A stretch of 32,000 bases of DNA from Candidatus Saccharimonadota bacterium (GCA_023898425.1 CP060222.1:450001-482000), one strand, 5' to 3'. Shown: positions 15,931 to 25,255, counted from the first letter of the stretch. The notes: generated by a model not told the origin, from the letters alone. Made by a program: numbers and translations.

Positions 15931-16295
15931 GCGATACCGGTAACGATCGTGGCGATTCCAAAGGCGTAAAGCATAATACGAATGGCTTTTGCACGATCCT
16001 TGGCACGAAACTCCATTTGATCAACCGTTTCTGTTTTGCCAATTTGTGGCTTGAAATTGAATAATCCTTTTGCGCCAAAGGCAACACAAAAATGCATCGA
16101 GGCTTGCAATATGCCTAAAGCAGATACAAAAGCAGGCACAAAGAGCCAGACATATCGCTGCGCAGGGGATTGGCTCACCATTAGACCAACCCAAATCGCT
16201 ACAGTAATAGCTAACCCAACCCAACCCGTTACCCAACGCATACGAATCTCTTCGCGACCAATATTACAGACACCTGGGATATATTCATTCTTCAT
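15903..16295 (-). CDS. Small integral membrane protein, unknown function
   Basis: Intact ORF with 3-4 TM helices and an N-terminal GVCNIGREE motif. The antisense and overlapping ORFs 16021-16236 and 16036-16308 are discounted. Confidence 0.6.
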   Translation of the reverse strand: MKNEYIPGVCNIGREEIRMRWVTGWVGLAITVAIWVGLMVSQSPAQRYVWLFVPAFVSALGILQASMHFCVAFGAKGLFNFKPQIGKTETVDQMEFRAKDRAKAIRIMLYAFGIATIVTGIAYFTAGWSN

Positions 16296-16366
16296 ATTTG
16301 GAGTATAGCACGCGAATACTCATTCTGTGTTAAGATTGACGGACTAATCCACTCATTACGATATCT

Positions 16367-16765
16367 ATGCACGGATTTGTCCAAAATATTGAAAAAAGCG
16401 CTCTTGAGAATACCGATTTTCGTCGCGTTATTTATACCAGTACCAAAAGCCAAATTGTTCTCATGTCGTTAAAAGCAGGAGAAGAAATTGGCGCCGAAAC
16501 CCATGACCTCGACCAATTCTTTCGCGTCGAAGCAGGAAAAGGCAAGGTCATTCTAGATGGCGTTGAACATGAAGTAGAAGATGGCTCTGCAATCTTGATC
16601 CCAGAAGGCACTCTACATAATGTCATAAATACGGGTGATGAAGACTTAAAACTCTACAGCATCTATACCCCTCCTCAGCACGAAGACGGTACAGTCCATC
16701 ACACCAAAGCCGAAGCAGATGCCGCCGAAGAACACTTTGACGGTCATACAACAGAACAATCATAG
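16367..16765 (+). CDS. Cupin-domain protein
   Basis: GEEIGAETHDLDQFFRVEAGKGKVILDG..ILIPEGTLHNVINTG matches the two cupin motifs. Confidence 0.75.
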   Translation: MHGFVQNIEKSALENTDFRRVIYTSTKSQIVLMSLKAGEEIGAETHDLDQFFRVEAGKGKVILDGVEHEVEDGSAILIPEGTLHNVINTGDEDLKLYSIYTPPQHEDGTVHHTKAEADAAEEHFDGHTTEQS

Positions 16766-16774
16766 AAAGCAATA

Positions 16775-16795
16775 ACCTCCCGAGTAGCGGGAGGT
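16775..16795. terminator. Terminator hairpin between convergent genes
   Basis: ACCTCCCG-agtag-CGGGAGGT, followed by CTTGTTTTATT. Confidence 0.7.
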
Positions 16796-16805
16796 CTTGT
16801 TTTAT

Positions 16806-17714
16806 TCATCGAAATCGCTCGAATGTTTTTTCTTGCCAAAGCATGAATTCTTCGAGATGTGACCGATGTAGATAGATTGTCTCATCCTGATCAACAGGAG
16901 ACGTGATGAGGCGATACGGCTTAGGCACAAAGTAGCCATCGTCATTCTGTTGAAGTTGCAGAATATTGAGACGCTGGTTGATGCCGATAATGGGCGTCGC
17001 ATCCCAAGGCGTCTCGGTAGTAGGTGGTTGGACGACGAGTCCAACTTCACCGTTCCAAAGACGCGCCATACTAAGACCGACGCTTCCGTCGGCAGTCTGA
17101 AAGCTCTTGCAAAGACCACCGTTTGCTCGCATCTCGAGCATTCGCTTCACCATGGTCGAATGCATCTCAGGTCGATCACGAATCAGCGCATACTGTTGTG
17201 AAAGCGGTTGCTCGAATTCTGGCACCAGTGGTTGACGATGATTCAAATGATCAATACGCCATGCGCCGGCGTCTTCAGGTGCCTGACTATAGAGCTCTTG
17301 CGTCATTACATTGCCGATGCAACTCGCAACAACCTCGCTCCCGCGCACAAGCGCGATCATGGTACCGATCCCATGAGATTGTGACCGGATAAAGGCCTTC
17401 GTCCCATCAAGGGGATCAATCGTGAAGTAAACGGCCTCATCAAGCGAAGCGCTACTTTCGAAGCGCAAATCTGATTCTTCGGCGATAATGCCGTAGTCTG
17501 GAAACAGCTCGCGCAGTGTCTTTGTATAGGTTGCTTGAGCTGCAAGGTCCGCCGATGTGCAGACATCGTCTAGCTCACCAGAGAATCCAAGCTTGGCTTT
17601 TGTTGTGAAATAGGTTCTCTGCTTCCTAATCACCGCCATCGCATTGCGAACCATCTCAATAAAGACAGCCTCGATTACCTGTCCACCTTTGACCTTCTCG
17701 AGTAAATCTGACAT
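16806..17714 (-). CDS. Inositol monophosphatase-family phosphatase (SuhB/CysQ-like)
   Basis: FTIDPLDGTKAF and a later PWDATP motif. The start is set at MSDLLEK (ATG 17714) because AAAGAGGTG precedes it and the longer ORF would overlap the upstream gene. Confidence 0.75.
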   Translation of the reverse strand: MSDLLEKVKGGQVIEAVFIEMVRNAMAVIRKQRTYFTTKAKLGFSGELDDVCTSADLAAQATYTKTLRELFPDYGIIAEESDLRFESSASLDEAVYFTIDPLDGTKAFIRSQSHGIGTMIALVRGSEVVASCIGNVMTQELYSQAPEDAGAWRIDHLNHRQPLVPEFEQPLSQQYALIRDRPEMHSTMVKRMLEMRANGGLCKSFQTADGSVGLSMARLWNGEVGLVVQPPTTETPWDATPIIGINQRLNILQLQQNDDGYFVPKPYRLITSPVDQDETIYLHRSHLEEFMLWQEKTFERFR

Positions 17715-17787
17715 CACACACCTCTTTGTAAAGAACGCTATCCACGACTTATCACAAACAAAAGAAAAAGTCACCCCTGGGGGGTGA

Positions 17788-18531
17788 CTACTCTGCGTTA
17801 AGCGTTGCCGTGGTCTTTGGACCAACGAGACCAGCGCCAGCTTCTTTTTCTGATTTGATAACCTTTTTCTCTATTTGATACTTGATGAGATACTTTTGCG
17901 TGAGTGGACCAAAGTACCCGGTAATATAATCACTCTCTGGCGTGAGTTTAAAATATTCAACAAGTCTGCGCTGCAATTCCTTTACTTGCTCTGAGCGTTG
18001 GCCTCGGTGCAAACCTCGTACGATTGGCGTTCGTTTAGGGCTTGGAGCTACTAAGGCTTTTGCCTCAGCTTTGGCTTCAATTTTTACCTCGGTCTTTACA
18101 GGAGCTTTTTCTACAGCTGGAGCTATCACTTTTTCTGCGACCACTTTCTTTGATTTGATATCCGTAAGAAATTTTGAGCGCGCTCGTGAAATCGTTTTGT
18201 TATAGGATTTTATCGCTGAGGTAGTGCCATATGCGCCAAAACCACAGTAAGGGTATTCCATTGCCTCCCAAGCTATGTCTAACTCTTCTTTATAGTAGGC
18301 AATTACACCTGATGAATCTGCACTATTTTTATAAGGAGCAATATCCTTCTCCATCTGCGCCACAGCAGCGTCGCGCGTTTTCTTTGTTGCTGTGGTTACG
18401 CACTTTGTTGTTGGTACGGTTTCGGCGTGTACAGACACAGCTTCCGAAACACCAAGAACAAGAAGGACAGCGACAAAAGCCGCAATGGATAAGGTAGATT
18501 TTTTGGTTGTAGAGAAATGTTTGATAGACAT
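17788..18531 (-). CDS. Secreted protein with C-terminal peptidoglycan-binding domain
   Basis: Signal peptide (..AAFVAVLLVLGVSEAVSVHA/ET), a Lys/Ala/Val-rich linker, then RGQRSEQVKELQRRLVEYFKL..GYFGPLTQKYLIKYQ (PG_binding_1-like). Confidence 0.7.
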   Translation of the reverse strand: MSIKHFSTTKKSTLSIAAFVAVLLVLGVSEAVSVHAETVPTTKCVTTATKKTRDAAVAQMEKDIAPYKNSADSSGVIAYYKEELDIAWEAMEYPYCGFGAYGTTSAIKSYNKTISRARSKFLTDIKSKKVVAEKVIAPAVEKAPVKTEVKIEAKAEAKALVAPSPKRTPIVRGLHRGQRSEQVKELQRRLVEYFKLTPESDYITGYFGPLTQKYLIKYQIEKKVIKSEKEAGAGLVGPKTTATLNAE

Positions 18532-18644
18532 GAATCAAATGTACCAATTATCGCCAACTGGGGCAACTTGTTTATCCACTCTATGAAAACATAGGGTACC
18601 ACTAGATTATTTTCTCATATTATGCTTAACTATGGTCCTTTCCT

Positions 18645-20384
18645 ATGAAAAACACGAAACAACGAAAGCCAAAAGGACCAAGTATTTTTGGCTTACTTAA
18701 GCCATATCGTTGGCTTATCTTTGGCATGTTGCTGTTCACGATTGCAAGCAATGGGCTAAATCTAGCTGTACCAAAAGTGATCGCAAAAGCCATCGACAGC
18801 TTTACGGCCGGTCATTTTGTCTTATCAACTTTTGTTGTCACGTTTTTAAGCATTGCTCTCGTTATCTCGGTTATGACGTATTTGCAAAATATTTTGCAAA
18901 GCTATGCATCAGAACGCGTTGCACGAGAATTGCGCCAGAATATTGCAGACAAAGTGTCGCACTTATCCTTTAGTGAGATTCAAAAACAAACGTCCTCAAA
19001 ACTACTTACCAATCTTACCTCTGATGTAGATGGGATTAAGATGTTTGTTTCTATGGGTATTGTAACGCTTGTATCGTCAGTCTTCTTGATTATTGGTGCG
19101 AGCATCTTACTCTTTACAACAAACTGGAGACTCGCCCTTGCCGTTGTTTTGGTATTACCTTTAGTAGGTATTACCTTTGCGCTTATTTTCTCTAAAGCCG
19201 GAGAACTCTTTAAACAGTCACAAGGCGTTGTTGATAGCTTAAATAAGATTATCAATGAAAGCATTCTTGGTGCGGCCCTTATTCGCGTATTAAATGCGCA
19301 ACAAAGTGAATACGAAAAATTCTTAAAAACAAATACCGAAGCAAAGAGCATCGGGATGCAAATTCTCACGATGTTTGCTGCCATGATTCCGATTGTTACT
19401 TTTGTATCAAATATTGCTGGTCTCATTATTTTGACGCTCGGTGGTCATTTTGTGATCCAGGGCTCAATGAGTCTTGGTGACCTTGCCGCATTTAATAGCT
19501 ATCTTGCGATGCTTATTTTTCCAATCATCATGATTGGTTTTATGAGCAATATGATGGCTCGTGCCGGCGCCTCCTATGGACGTATCGTTCAAGTGCTTGA
19601 GGCTCCAGAAGAGAAACCAACAGGTACCATCACAAAAGATCTACGCGGAGATATTGATTTTCGTGATGTGTCATTAACCTTTGATAATAAACCGATTCTC
19701 AAAAAGGTTTCCTTCGAGGTCAAAGCTGGGACACGTACAGCCATTATCGGTCCAACGGCTGCTGGCAAGACACAATTGCTTAATGTCTTATCTGGTCTTA
19801 TCTTGCCAGAAGAGGGGACAATTACTTTTGATGGACATTCTATTAACGAATACGAATCCACGTATTTTCATTCTGCCGTTGCTATCGTCTTTCAAGACAG
19901 TGTGATGTTTAACTTGTCTCTTCAAGAAAATATCGCCTTTAGTAGCAATGCGAGCGAAGAAGCTGTCCAAAAAGCTATCGAAACAGCTGAACTTCAAGAC
20001 TTCATTACCACTTTGCCTGAAGGGCTCAATACGCTCGTCTCAGAGCGTGGTACGAGTCTTTCTGGCGGTCAAAAGCAACGCATTATGCTTGCACGCGCTC
20101 TTGCTTTAGATCCAAATGTATTACTTTTGGATGATTTCACCGCTCGTGTAGACGGCAATACAGAAGCGCGTATCCTAGCAAATATTCGTAAAAACTATCC
20201 GCATCTCACATTAATTTCCGTCACGCAAAAAATCGCGCCTGTCGTTGATTACGATAAGATCTTACTTCTTATGGAAGGCGAACTGCTTGCTCGTGGCACA
20301 CACGATGAGCTTATGAAAACTTCTCCAGAATACGTTCAAATCGAACGCTCACAACGTAGCACCAATCATTATGAAAACGACTAA
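18645..20384 (+). CDS. ABC exporter permease/ATPase, subunit with the degenerate ATP site
   Basis: Six-TM domain plus NBD. Walker A is GPTAAGKTQ and the signature is LSGGQKQR. Walker B is LLLDDF (Asp replaces the catalytic Glu). The switch region is SVTQKI (Gln replaces His). Confidence 0.9.
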   Translation: MKNTKQRKPKGPSIFGLLKPYRWLIFGMLLFTIASNGLNLAVPKVIAKAIDSFTAGHFVLSTFVVTFLSIALVISVMTYLQNILQSYASERVARELRQNIADKVSHLSFSEIQKQTSSKLLTNLTSDVDGIKMFVSMGIVTLVSSVFLIIGASILLFTTNWRLALAVVLVLPLVGITFALIFSKAGELFKQSQGVVDSLNKIINESILGAALIRVLNAQQSEYEKFLKTNTEAKSIGMQILTMFAAMIPIVTFVSNIAGLIILTLGGHFVIQGSMSLGDLAAFNSYLAMLIFPIIMIGFMSNMMARAGASYGRIVQVLEAPEEKPTGTITKDLRGDIDFRDVSLTFDNKPILKKVSFEVKAGTRTAIIGPTAAGKTQLLNVLSGLILPEEGTITFDGHSINEYESTYFHSAVAIVFQDSVMFNLSLQENIAFSSNASEEAVQKAIETAELQDFITTLPEGLNTLVSERGTSLSGGQKQRIMLARALALDPNVLLLDDFTARVDGNTEARILANIRKNYPHLTLISVTQKIAPVVDYDKILLLMEGELLARGTHDELMKTSPEYVQIERSQRSTNHYEND

Positions 20385-22146
20385 TCTTGAACCCAAACAT
20401 AAAGAAAAGGGGAGCGCATTACAAGCCGCAAAAAGCATTTGGGCATTAATGGACAATGAACGACGTAATCTTCTCTTTGCTTTGCTCGCGATTTTAACCG
20501 TCTCTGGCATTAATGTTTCTGCGCCATTGCTCTTTGGCTATACGGTCGATCACTTTATTGCCGAGAAAAACTTTGACGGTGTCTTAAAAGTCGCTGCGGC
20601 GTTATTTGTATTATTCGCGATTGGATTTGGCACAGGCTATGTGCAAATGAAACTTATGGGCAGCATCGGACAACGCATGCTCTTTAAGTTACGCAATACG
20701 ATTTTCGAAAAACTTCAAAGTCTACCAATTTCGTATTTTAACCGCAACAAAGCAGGGGATTTGATTTCGCGCATTAATAATGACACAGAAAAACTCAGCC
20801 AACTTTTTTCTGAAACTATCATGCGCTTTACGGGCAGTATCTTTATTCTGATCGGTACCGCCGTCTTTATCTTGGTGATTAATTGGAAATTAGGTCTTAT
20901 TGCGCTTGCTCCGGCAATTGTGACGCTCCTCTTTACGCAGCTTATTTCTGGTTGGATCAAAGCAAAGAGCAAAGCAAGTCTTGCGGCAACAGGCGCCATG
21001 AGTGGATCGCTTCAAGAAAGTCTCGATAACTTTAAGGTGATTGTCGCCTTTGATCGTCGTGATTACTTTAGAATGCGTTTTGCACAAGTAAACGAAAACA
21101 ATTTCAAGGCATCTCTTAATGCAGGACTTGCAAATGGTATCTTCTCACCGGTTTATGATCTTGCATCAAATATCGCTCAGCTTTCGGTTATCGGTGTGGC
21201 GATCTCGTTTATCATCGCTGGCAATCTTACTATCGGTGCCTTATTGAGTTTTCTAATCTACTTGGATCGCTTCTACCAACCATTGCGTCAGATTGCACAA
21301 CTTTGGTCATCGCTTCAAATTGCGCTAGCGGGCTGGGACCGTGTCTCCGCTATTCTCGAAGAGGTTAATGACCTCGAAGTAAAAGCCTCTCAAGAAAAAG
21401 CAAATGAAGCTTTTGTTCTTGAATTTAAAGATGTGATGTTTCGTTATCCAGATAGCGAAGATGGCACTAAGGGCAAGGAAGTCTTGCACAAAGAGTCTTT
21501 TCAACTTGCTCCGGGCAAAACCTATGCGCTCGTAGGACCTACGGGTGGTGGTAAAACAACAACGGCCTCCCTTATGGCACGTCTTTATGACCCAACCGAA
21601 GGACATGTCTTTATCAACGGTAAAGATATCCGTACCTATGAGCCCGCAGAACGCGCAAAGCGCATTGGCTTTATCCTTCAAGAACCATTCTTATTTACGG
21701 GTTCATTGCTTGATAATATCTTTTACGGCAACGATCTCTATGAAAATAAAACAACTGAAGAAAAGATTGCGGCACTCAAAGCTTCTAGCCTACAAAATCT
21801 TCTCATGCGTTTTGATGGAGGGTTAGAAGCGCAAATCAATGGTAGTGGCGACGGTATGAGTCTTGGTCAAAAACAACTCATTGCCTTTATGCGCGCCGTC
21901 CTTCGCGAGCCTGATCTATTGATTTTAGATGAGGCCACCGCAAACATTGATACCGTCACAGAGCAATTACTCGAAACAACTTTACAAGCCCTCCCGAAGA
22001 AAACCACTCGCGTGATTATCGCTCATCGCCTTAATACCATCGAAAATGCTGACGAAATTTTCTTTGTGAATGGTGGCAAAATCACTCCAGCAGGCTCTTT
22101 TGATGAGGCCGTAAAGCTCTTAATGAGCGGCAAGCGTGAAAGTTAG
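20371..22146 (+). CDS. ABC exporter permease/ATPase, consensus-site subunit
   Basis: Walker A is GPTGGGKTT, Walker B is LILDEAT and the switch region is IIAHRL. The signature is non-canonical (MSLGQKQ). A 14-nt overlap with the upstream gene suggests translational coupling. Confidence 0.9.
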   Translation: MKTTNLEPKHKEKGSALQAAKSIWALMDNERRNLLFALLAILTVSGINVSAPLLFGYTVDHFIAEKNFDGVLKVAAALFVLFAIGFGTGYVQMKLMGSIGQRMLFKLRNTIFEKLQSLPISYFNRNKAGDLISRINNDTEKLSQLFSETIMRFTGSIFILIGTAVFILVINWKLGLIALAPAIVTLLFTQLISGWIKAKSKASLAATGAMSGSLQESLDNFKVIVAFDRRDYFRMRFAQVNENNFKASLNAGLANGIFSPVYDLASNIAQLSVIGVAISFIIAGNLTIGALLSFLIYLDRFYQPLRQIAQLWSSLQIALAGWDRVSAILEEVNDLEVKASQEKANEAFVLEFKDVMFRYPDSEDGTKGKEVLHKESFQLAPGKTYALVGPTGGGKTTTASLMARLYDPTEGHVFINGKDIRTYEPAERAKRIGFILQEPFLFTGSLLDNIFYGNDLYENKTTEEKIAALKASSLQNLLMRFDGGLEAQINGSGDGMSLGQKQLIAFMRAVLREPDLLILDEATANIDTVTEQLLETTLQALPKKTTRVIIAHRLNTIENADEIFFVNGGKITPAGSFDEAVKLLMSGKRES

Positions 22147-22184
22147 TGTCAACAATAATCTGTACAAATTCGGATCTCAAAGTC

Positions 22185-22213
22185 TTGACAATAAATTATA
22201 TAGACCCCATACT
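22185..22213 (+). promoter_or_regulatory. Candidate sigma-70-type promoter for the HTH gene
   Basis: TTGACA (22185-22190), a 17-nt spacer, then CATACT (22208-22213), about 30 nt upstream of the ATG at 22242. Confidence 0.4.
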
Positions 22214-22241
22214 CCCGACATATTAATAGCAATTGATTATT

Positions 22242-22505
22242 ATGACTGAAACACCTATCACCCAGGCAATGCCTGAAGCAGTAAGCCCAGAGCTTCCTGT
22301 ATACGACATCTCAAAGATCGGCCCTAACGTTAAAACACGCCGCAAAGCTATGAGTTTAACGCGTGGCGAGCTCTCTGAGAAAGCACAGGTAAACTACAAT
22401 ACCATCATCAAGCTTGAATCAGGCGCGAACAAAAACCCTACCGTTAAAACCCTTATGGGTATCAGCACGGTCTTTGGTTGCCGCGTAGAAGATCTCTTGG
22501 TCTAA
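22242..22505 (+). CDS. XRE-family helix-turn-helix regulator
   Basis: KTRRKAMSLTRGELSEKAQVNYNTIIKLESGANKNPTVKTLMGISTVFGCRVEDLL. The ATG at 22242 is preferred over the TTG at 22233. Confidence 0.8.
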   Translation: MTETPITQAMPEAVSPELPVYDISKIGPNVKTRRKAMSLTRGELSEKAQVNYNTIIKLESGANKNPTVKTLMGISTVFGCRVEDLLV

Positions 22506-22577
22506 AGACAAAAATCTGCCATACACCCTACCCCCAACGACTAGATATATTGATGATGTACGGTATGTAGCCGTTGA

Positions 22578-22600
22578 CCCCTTCCCCATTCGGGAAGGGG
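22578..22600 (+). terminator. Terminator hairpin A
   Basis: CCCCTTCCC-cattc-GGGAAGGGG, followed by TTTT. Confidence 0.7.
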
Positions 22601-22614
22601 TTTTGGATTCCGTA

Positions 22615-22641
22615 ACCCCTTCCACAAGTGTGGGAAGGGGT
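22615..22641 (+). terminator. Terminator hairpin B (same stem sequence as A)
   Basis: ACCCCTTCC-acaagtgtg-GGAAGGGGT, followed by ATTTTTTT. Confidence 0.7.
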
Positions 22642-22700
22642 ATTTTTTTGTACATCGTAAATTCAATACCGTAGAAAGAAACCGGGGTAGGGGGCATGCT

Positions 22701-23198
22701 ATGCGATGTTTCATGCTATCATTCATCCATATGCTTAAAATTGGATCAAAGGCACCTGCCTTTAACTTGCCTGATAAAGACGGTGTCATGCACAAACTCG
22801 CGGATAAAAAAAGGGAGTGGGTCGTGCTTTATTTTTACCCCAAAGACGATACACCTGGTTGCACGGTAGAAGCCTGCTCTTTTCGCGATAACCTTCCTAA
22901 ATTTAAAAAACTAGGGATCACTGTTTATGGCGTAAGTGTTGATAGCCAAAAGAAACATCAAAAGTTTGCGGATAAATATGACCTGCCATTCACTTTGCTT
23001 TCTGATGAAGAAAAGAAGACCGTAAATGACTATGGCGTATGGTCGCTCAAGAAATTCATGGGCCGTGAATATATGGGCATCTTGCGCTGGACCTTCCTCA
23101 TCAATCCAGAAGGTAAAATCGCAAAGATCTACGAGAACGTGAAACCTGCAGAACATGTAGAGGAAATTTTGAAGGATATGAAGGAGCTGAAAAAGTAA
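22701..23198 (+). CDS. bcp: Thiol peroxidase / peroxiredoxin Bcp
   Basis: KAPAFNLPDKDG..VVLYFYPKDDTPGCTVEACSFRD (peroxidatic Cys in PGCT). The conserved N-terminus MLKIGSKAP begins at the alternative ATG at 22731. The ATG at 22701 has a G-rich RBS-like stretch 6 nt upstream. Confidence 0.85.
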   Translation: MRCFMLSFIHMLKIGSKAPAFNLPDKDGVMHKLADKKREWVVLYFYPKDDTPGCTVEACSFRDNLPKFKKLGITVYGVSVDSQKKHQKFADKYDLPFTLLSDEEKKTVNDYGVWSLKKFMGREYMGILRWTFLINPEGKIAKIYENVKPAEHVEEILKDMKELKK

Positions 23199-23200
23199 GT

Positions 23201-23560
23201 ATGATTTCTCAGCGTATTAACAAAGATCTCTATGAGAAGATTCTCAAGGGGCGCTTCTCGTTGCTTCCCTCCTCTTTGGGGGATCCTTTTACTTTTCTCG
23301 TTATCGTCACGGTCCCAATTATAGACCTTGTCTTTTCGCTCATCACTCAAAGTCCTGCTGGCTCAGGCTCAGTCTGGGGAGCGTTTATATTTGTGACCAT
23401 AGTGATGTTTATTCTCATGACACTTCTCCTTAAGCGGGCTGAATGGAAATACAGACTCACCCTAGCCATCTCTACTGTCGCTTGGCTCTCAATCTTTATT
23501 TGGGCATTCTGTCAGATCGACGGAGCCTTCGGCTCACCAACTTGTAAACCAAAAATCTAA
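23201..23560 (+). CDS. Small membrane protein, unknown function
   Basis: Intact ORF with about 3 TM helices, starting 3 nt after the bcp stop. Confidence 0.55.
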   Translation: MISQRINKDLYEKILKGRFSLLPSSLGDPFTFLVIVTVPIIDLVFSLITQSPAGSGSVWGAFIFVTIVMFILMTLLLKRAEWKYRLTLAISTVAWLSIFIWAFCQIDGAFGSPTCKPKI

Positions 23561-23652
23561 CCCTCCGCGAGGCATCAATCTTCCTTCGCCACCAATCAAT
23601 CTCATTAATGAGAGCACATTCCCATCAAACTCAATAGAATAACAGGCTTACT

Positions 23653-24461
23653 ATGAAGATCCAACAACCCATTACAACGACACGCCCAATCTTAGATACC
23701 ATTCTCACGGCCATCTTGGGGACGCTTATCATCCCGCTAACACAGTTTGGGCCTCTAGCACTTATCCAAATTATGCTGATGGTGTTTTTGGTTGGCCACA
23801 AACGGGACGTGGAGACGTGGTCGTTCTACTCTTTCTTCCTTTTGCGATAATGTTTTCTGTTGGTTGGTTCGCGGCTTTAATCCTCTATCATGGGTTCATT
23901 TTTAGCAGATACCCTCGTGGATCAAAGATGAAAAAAGGGTTAGTCGCCATCTTCATTCTAGCTGCCCTTCTATATGTAATAGGTTCACTTTTTCTTAAGT
24001 ATAAAGAGCAAGTGCGCGTCAATGAAAGCGCGATGACTTATGAAAAGGCTTACCATGATATAGCTGGTACATGGCACGTTTCTAGCGTCGATAATGAATA
24101 TAAGCTCGCCTTTTCTGTAGATACAACACTCGATCCATATACGAACGGCTTCAATCGTTATCAAAAATTACTCGTGACCAATCTTACCGACAATCTTAGC
24201 TTTGATTGTTCATATCATTTCGCTTATGTTTCTACCAGATATAGAGACACGATGCCTTATCAGATAGGAGTGAGGTGTCCTTATCTTCAAGCCAGAGAAC
24301 TACTCGGCGACACGAAGATACAGGAAGGTATGTATGCCGGATATGAAAATAAAGCCAAAGGAACTTGGTATTTTAAAACCGATTCTATCAAAAATAATTC
24401 GATAACTCTTATTCCAAGCCAGAGTACAAATGAGCATAAAACCCTCATTTTGAAGAAATAG
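23653..24461 (+). pseudogene. Membrane-anchored protein, paralogue A of a tandem pair; one frame break
   Basis: ORFs 23653-23850 and 23817-24461 together match the architecture of 24464-25219. Both have MxxxPxITT.. followed by TM helices, then ..GTW(H/Y).. and ..TLIP..S....L(I)L(K/R)K. The break is at the T5 run at 23785-23789. Confidence 0.55.
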
Positions 24462-24463
24462 AT

Positions 24464-25219
24464 ATGAATACAAAGCCACAGATAACAACGTTACGCGCTA
24501 CTTTAAGCTTAGTTTTCGCCAGTGCACTCGGCTTAATTGTAGGCGCGACGATCAGAGGGCCTTTGATGATTTATCAAGCTTTTACTGTTGTAGGACTTGG
24601 CGGTGGCATTTTGCTCGGTATCGCGCTTCCAATGACTGCAATTCTGTTTGTATCTATTCATTTTTTTGTTACTTTAGTTCGTAAAAGTTCAAATGAAACT
24701 TTACTCAGAAGATGGGCTATTGTCTTTTTTATTATGTCAGTAGTGTTAAGTATAGCTGGCATAAAACTTCTTATATATCAAAATATAAAGTCAATGGAAC
24801 GCTTAAACGATGCTTGGAGAGCAGATTATGGCCGCATCCAAGGTACATGGTACACAATCAGCCCTAAGAACGGCTATGAATTTATGTTTTCTGTAAGCAA
24901 TCTTCAAGACAGAGGCTCGCCATTCTTAATAGGTCGAGAAGATCTGCAAATCAAGAACATATCTTCCGATGTACCCGTGGAATGCAATTATGAATTTCGT
25001 GTTATGCCCCGAATCAACGGTAAAGATGTGCCTCTTGGTATTTATATTGAATGCGCTAATTGGGAAGGCGAGCCCTTGTTAAGCACGAATGAAAGACAAG
25101 ATGATTGGTTATCGAACTATTGGTATAAAGAGGTCGTAATCAGCGATGAAACTCTAACTCTTATACCTGACGAATCAAAGGGCGGAGACACCGAGCGACT
25201 TATACTGCGAAGAAAATAA
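24464..25219 (+). CDS. Membrane-anchored protein, paralogue B (intact)
   Basis: N-terminal TM bundle plus a ~130-aa C-terminal soluble domain (YGRIQGTWYTISP..ECNYEF..LTLIPDESKGGDTERLILRRK). No family recognised. Confidence 0.6.
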   Translation: MNTKPQITTLRATLSLVFASALGLIVGATIRGPLMIYQAFTVVGLGGGILLGIALPMTAILFVSIHFFVTLVRKSSNETLLRRWAIVFFIMSVVLSIAGIKLLIYQNIKSMERLNDAWRADYGRIQGTWYTISPKNGYEFMFSVSNLQDRGSPFLIGREDLQIKNISSDVPVECNYEFRVMPRINGKDVPLGIYIECANWEGEPLLSTNERQDDWLSNYWYKEVVISDETLTLIPDESKGGDTERLILRRK

Positions 25220-25228
25220 TACCAATAC

Positions 25229-25255
25229 AAAACACCGGCCAATGGCCGGTGTTTT
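25229..25255 (+). terminator. Terminator hairpin
   Basis: AAAACACCGGCC-aat-GGCCGGTGTTTT, followed by TATAT. Confidence 0.8.

Noticed and set aside
18980-19426. Long antisense or alternative-frame ORFs inside well-supported genes. Others include 12517-12837, 20715-20999, 21325-21681, 26854-27267, 28562-28918 and 30359-30637.
   Set aside because: Each is fully embedded in a gene with clear motif support (ABC, rsgA, recG, radA, envelope protein). Their translations are low in complexity and have no recognisable motifs.
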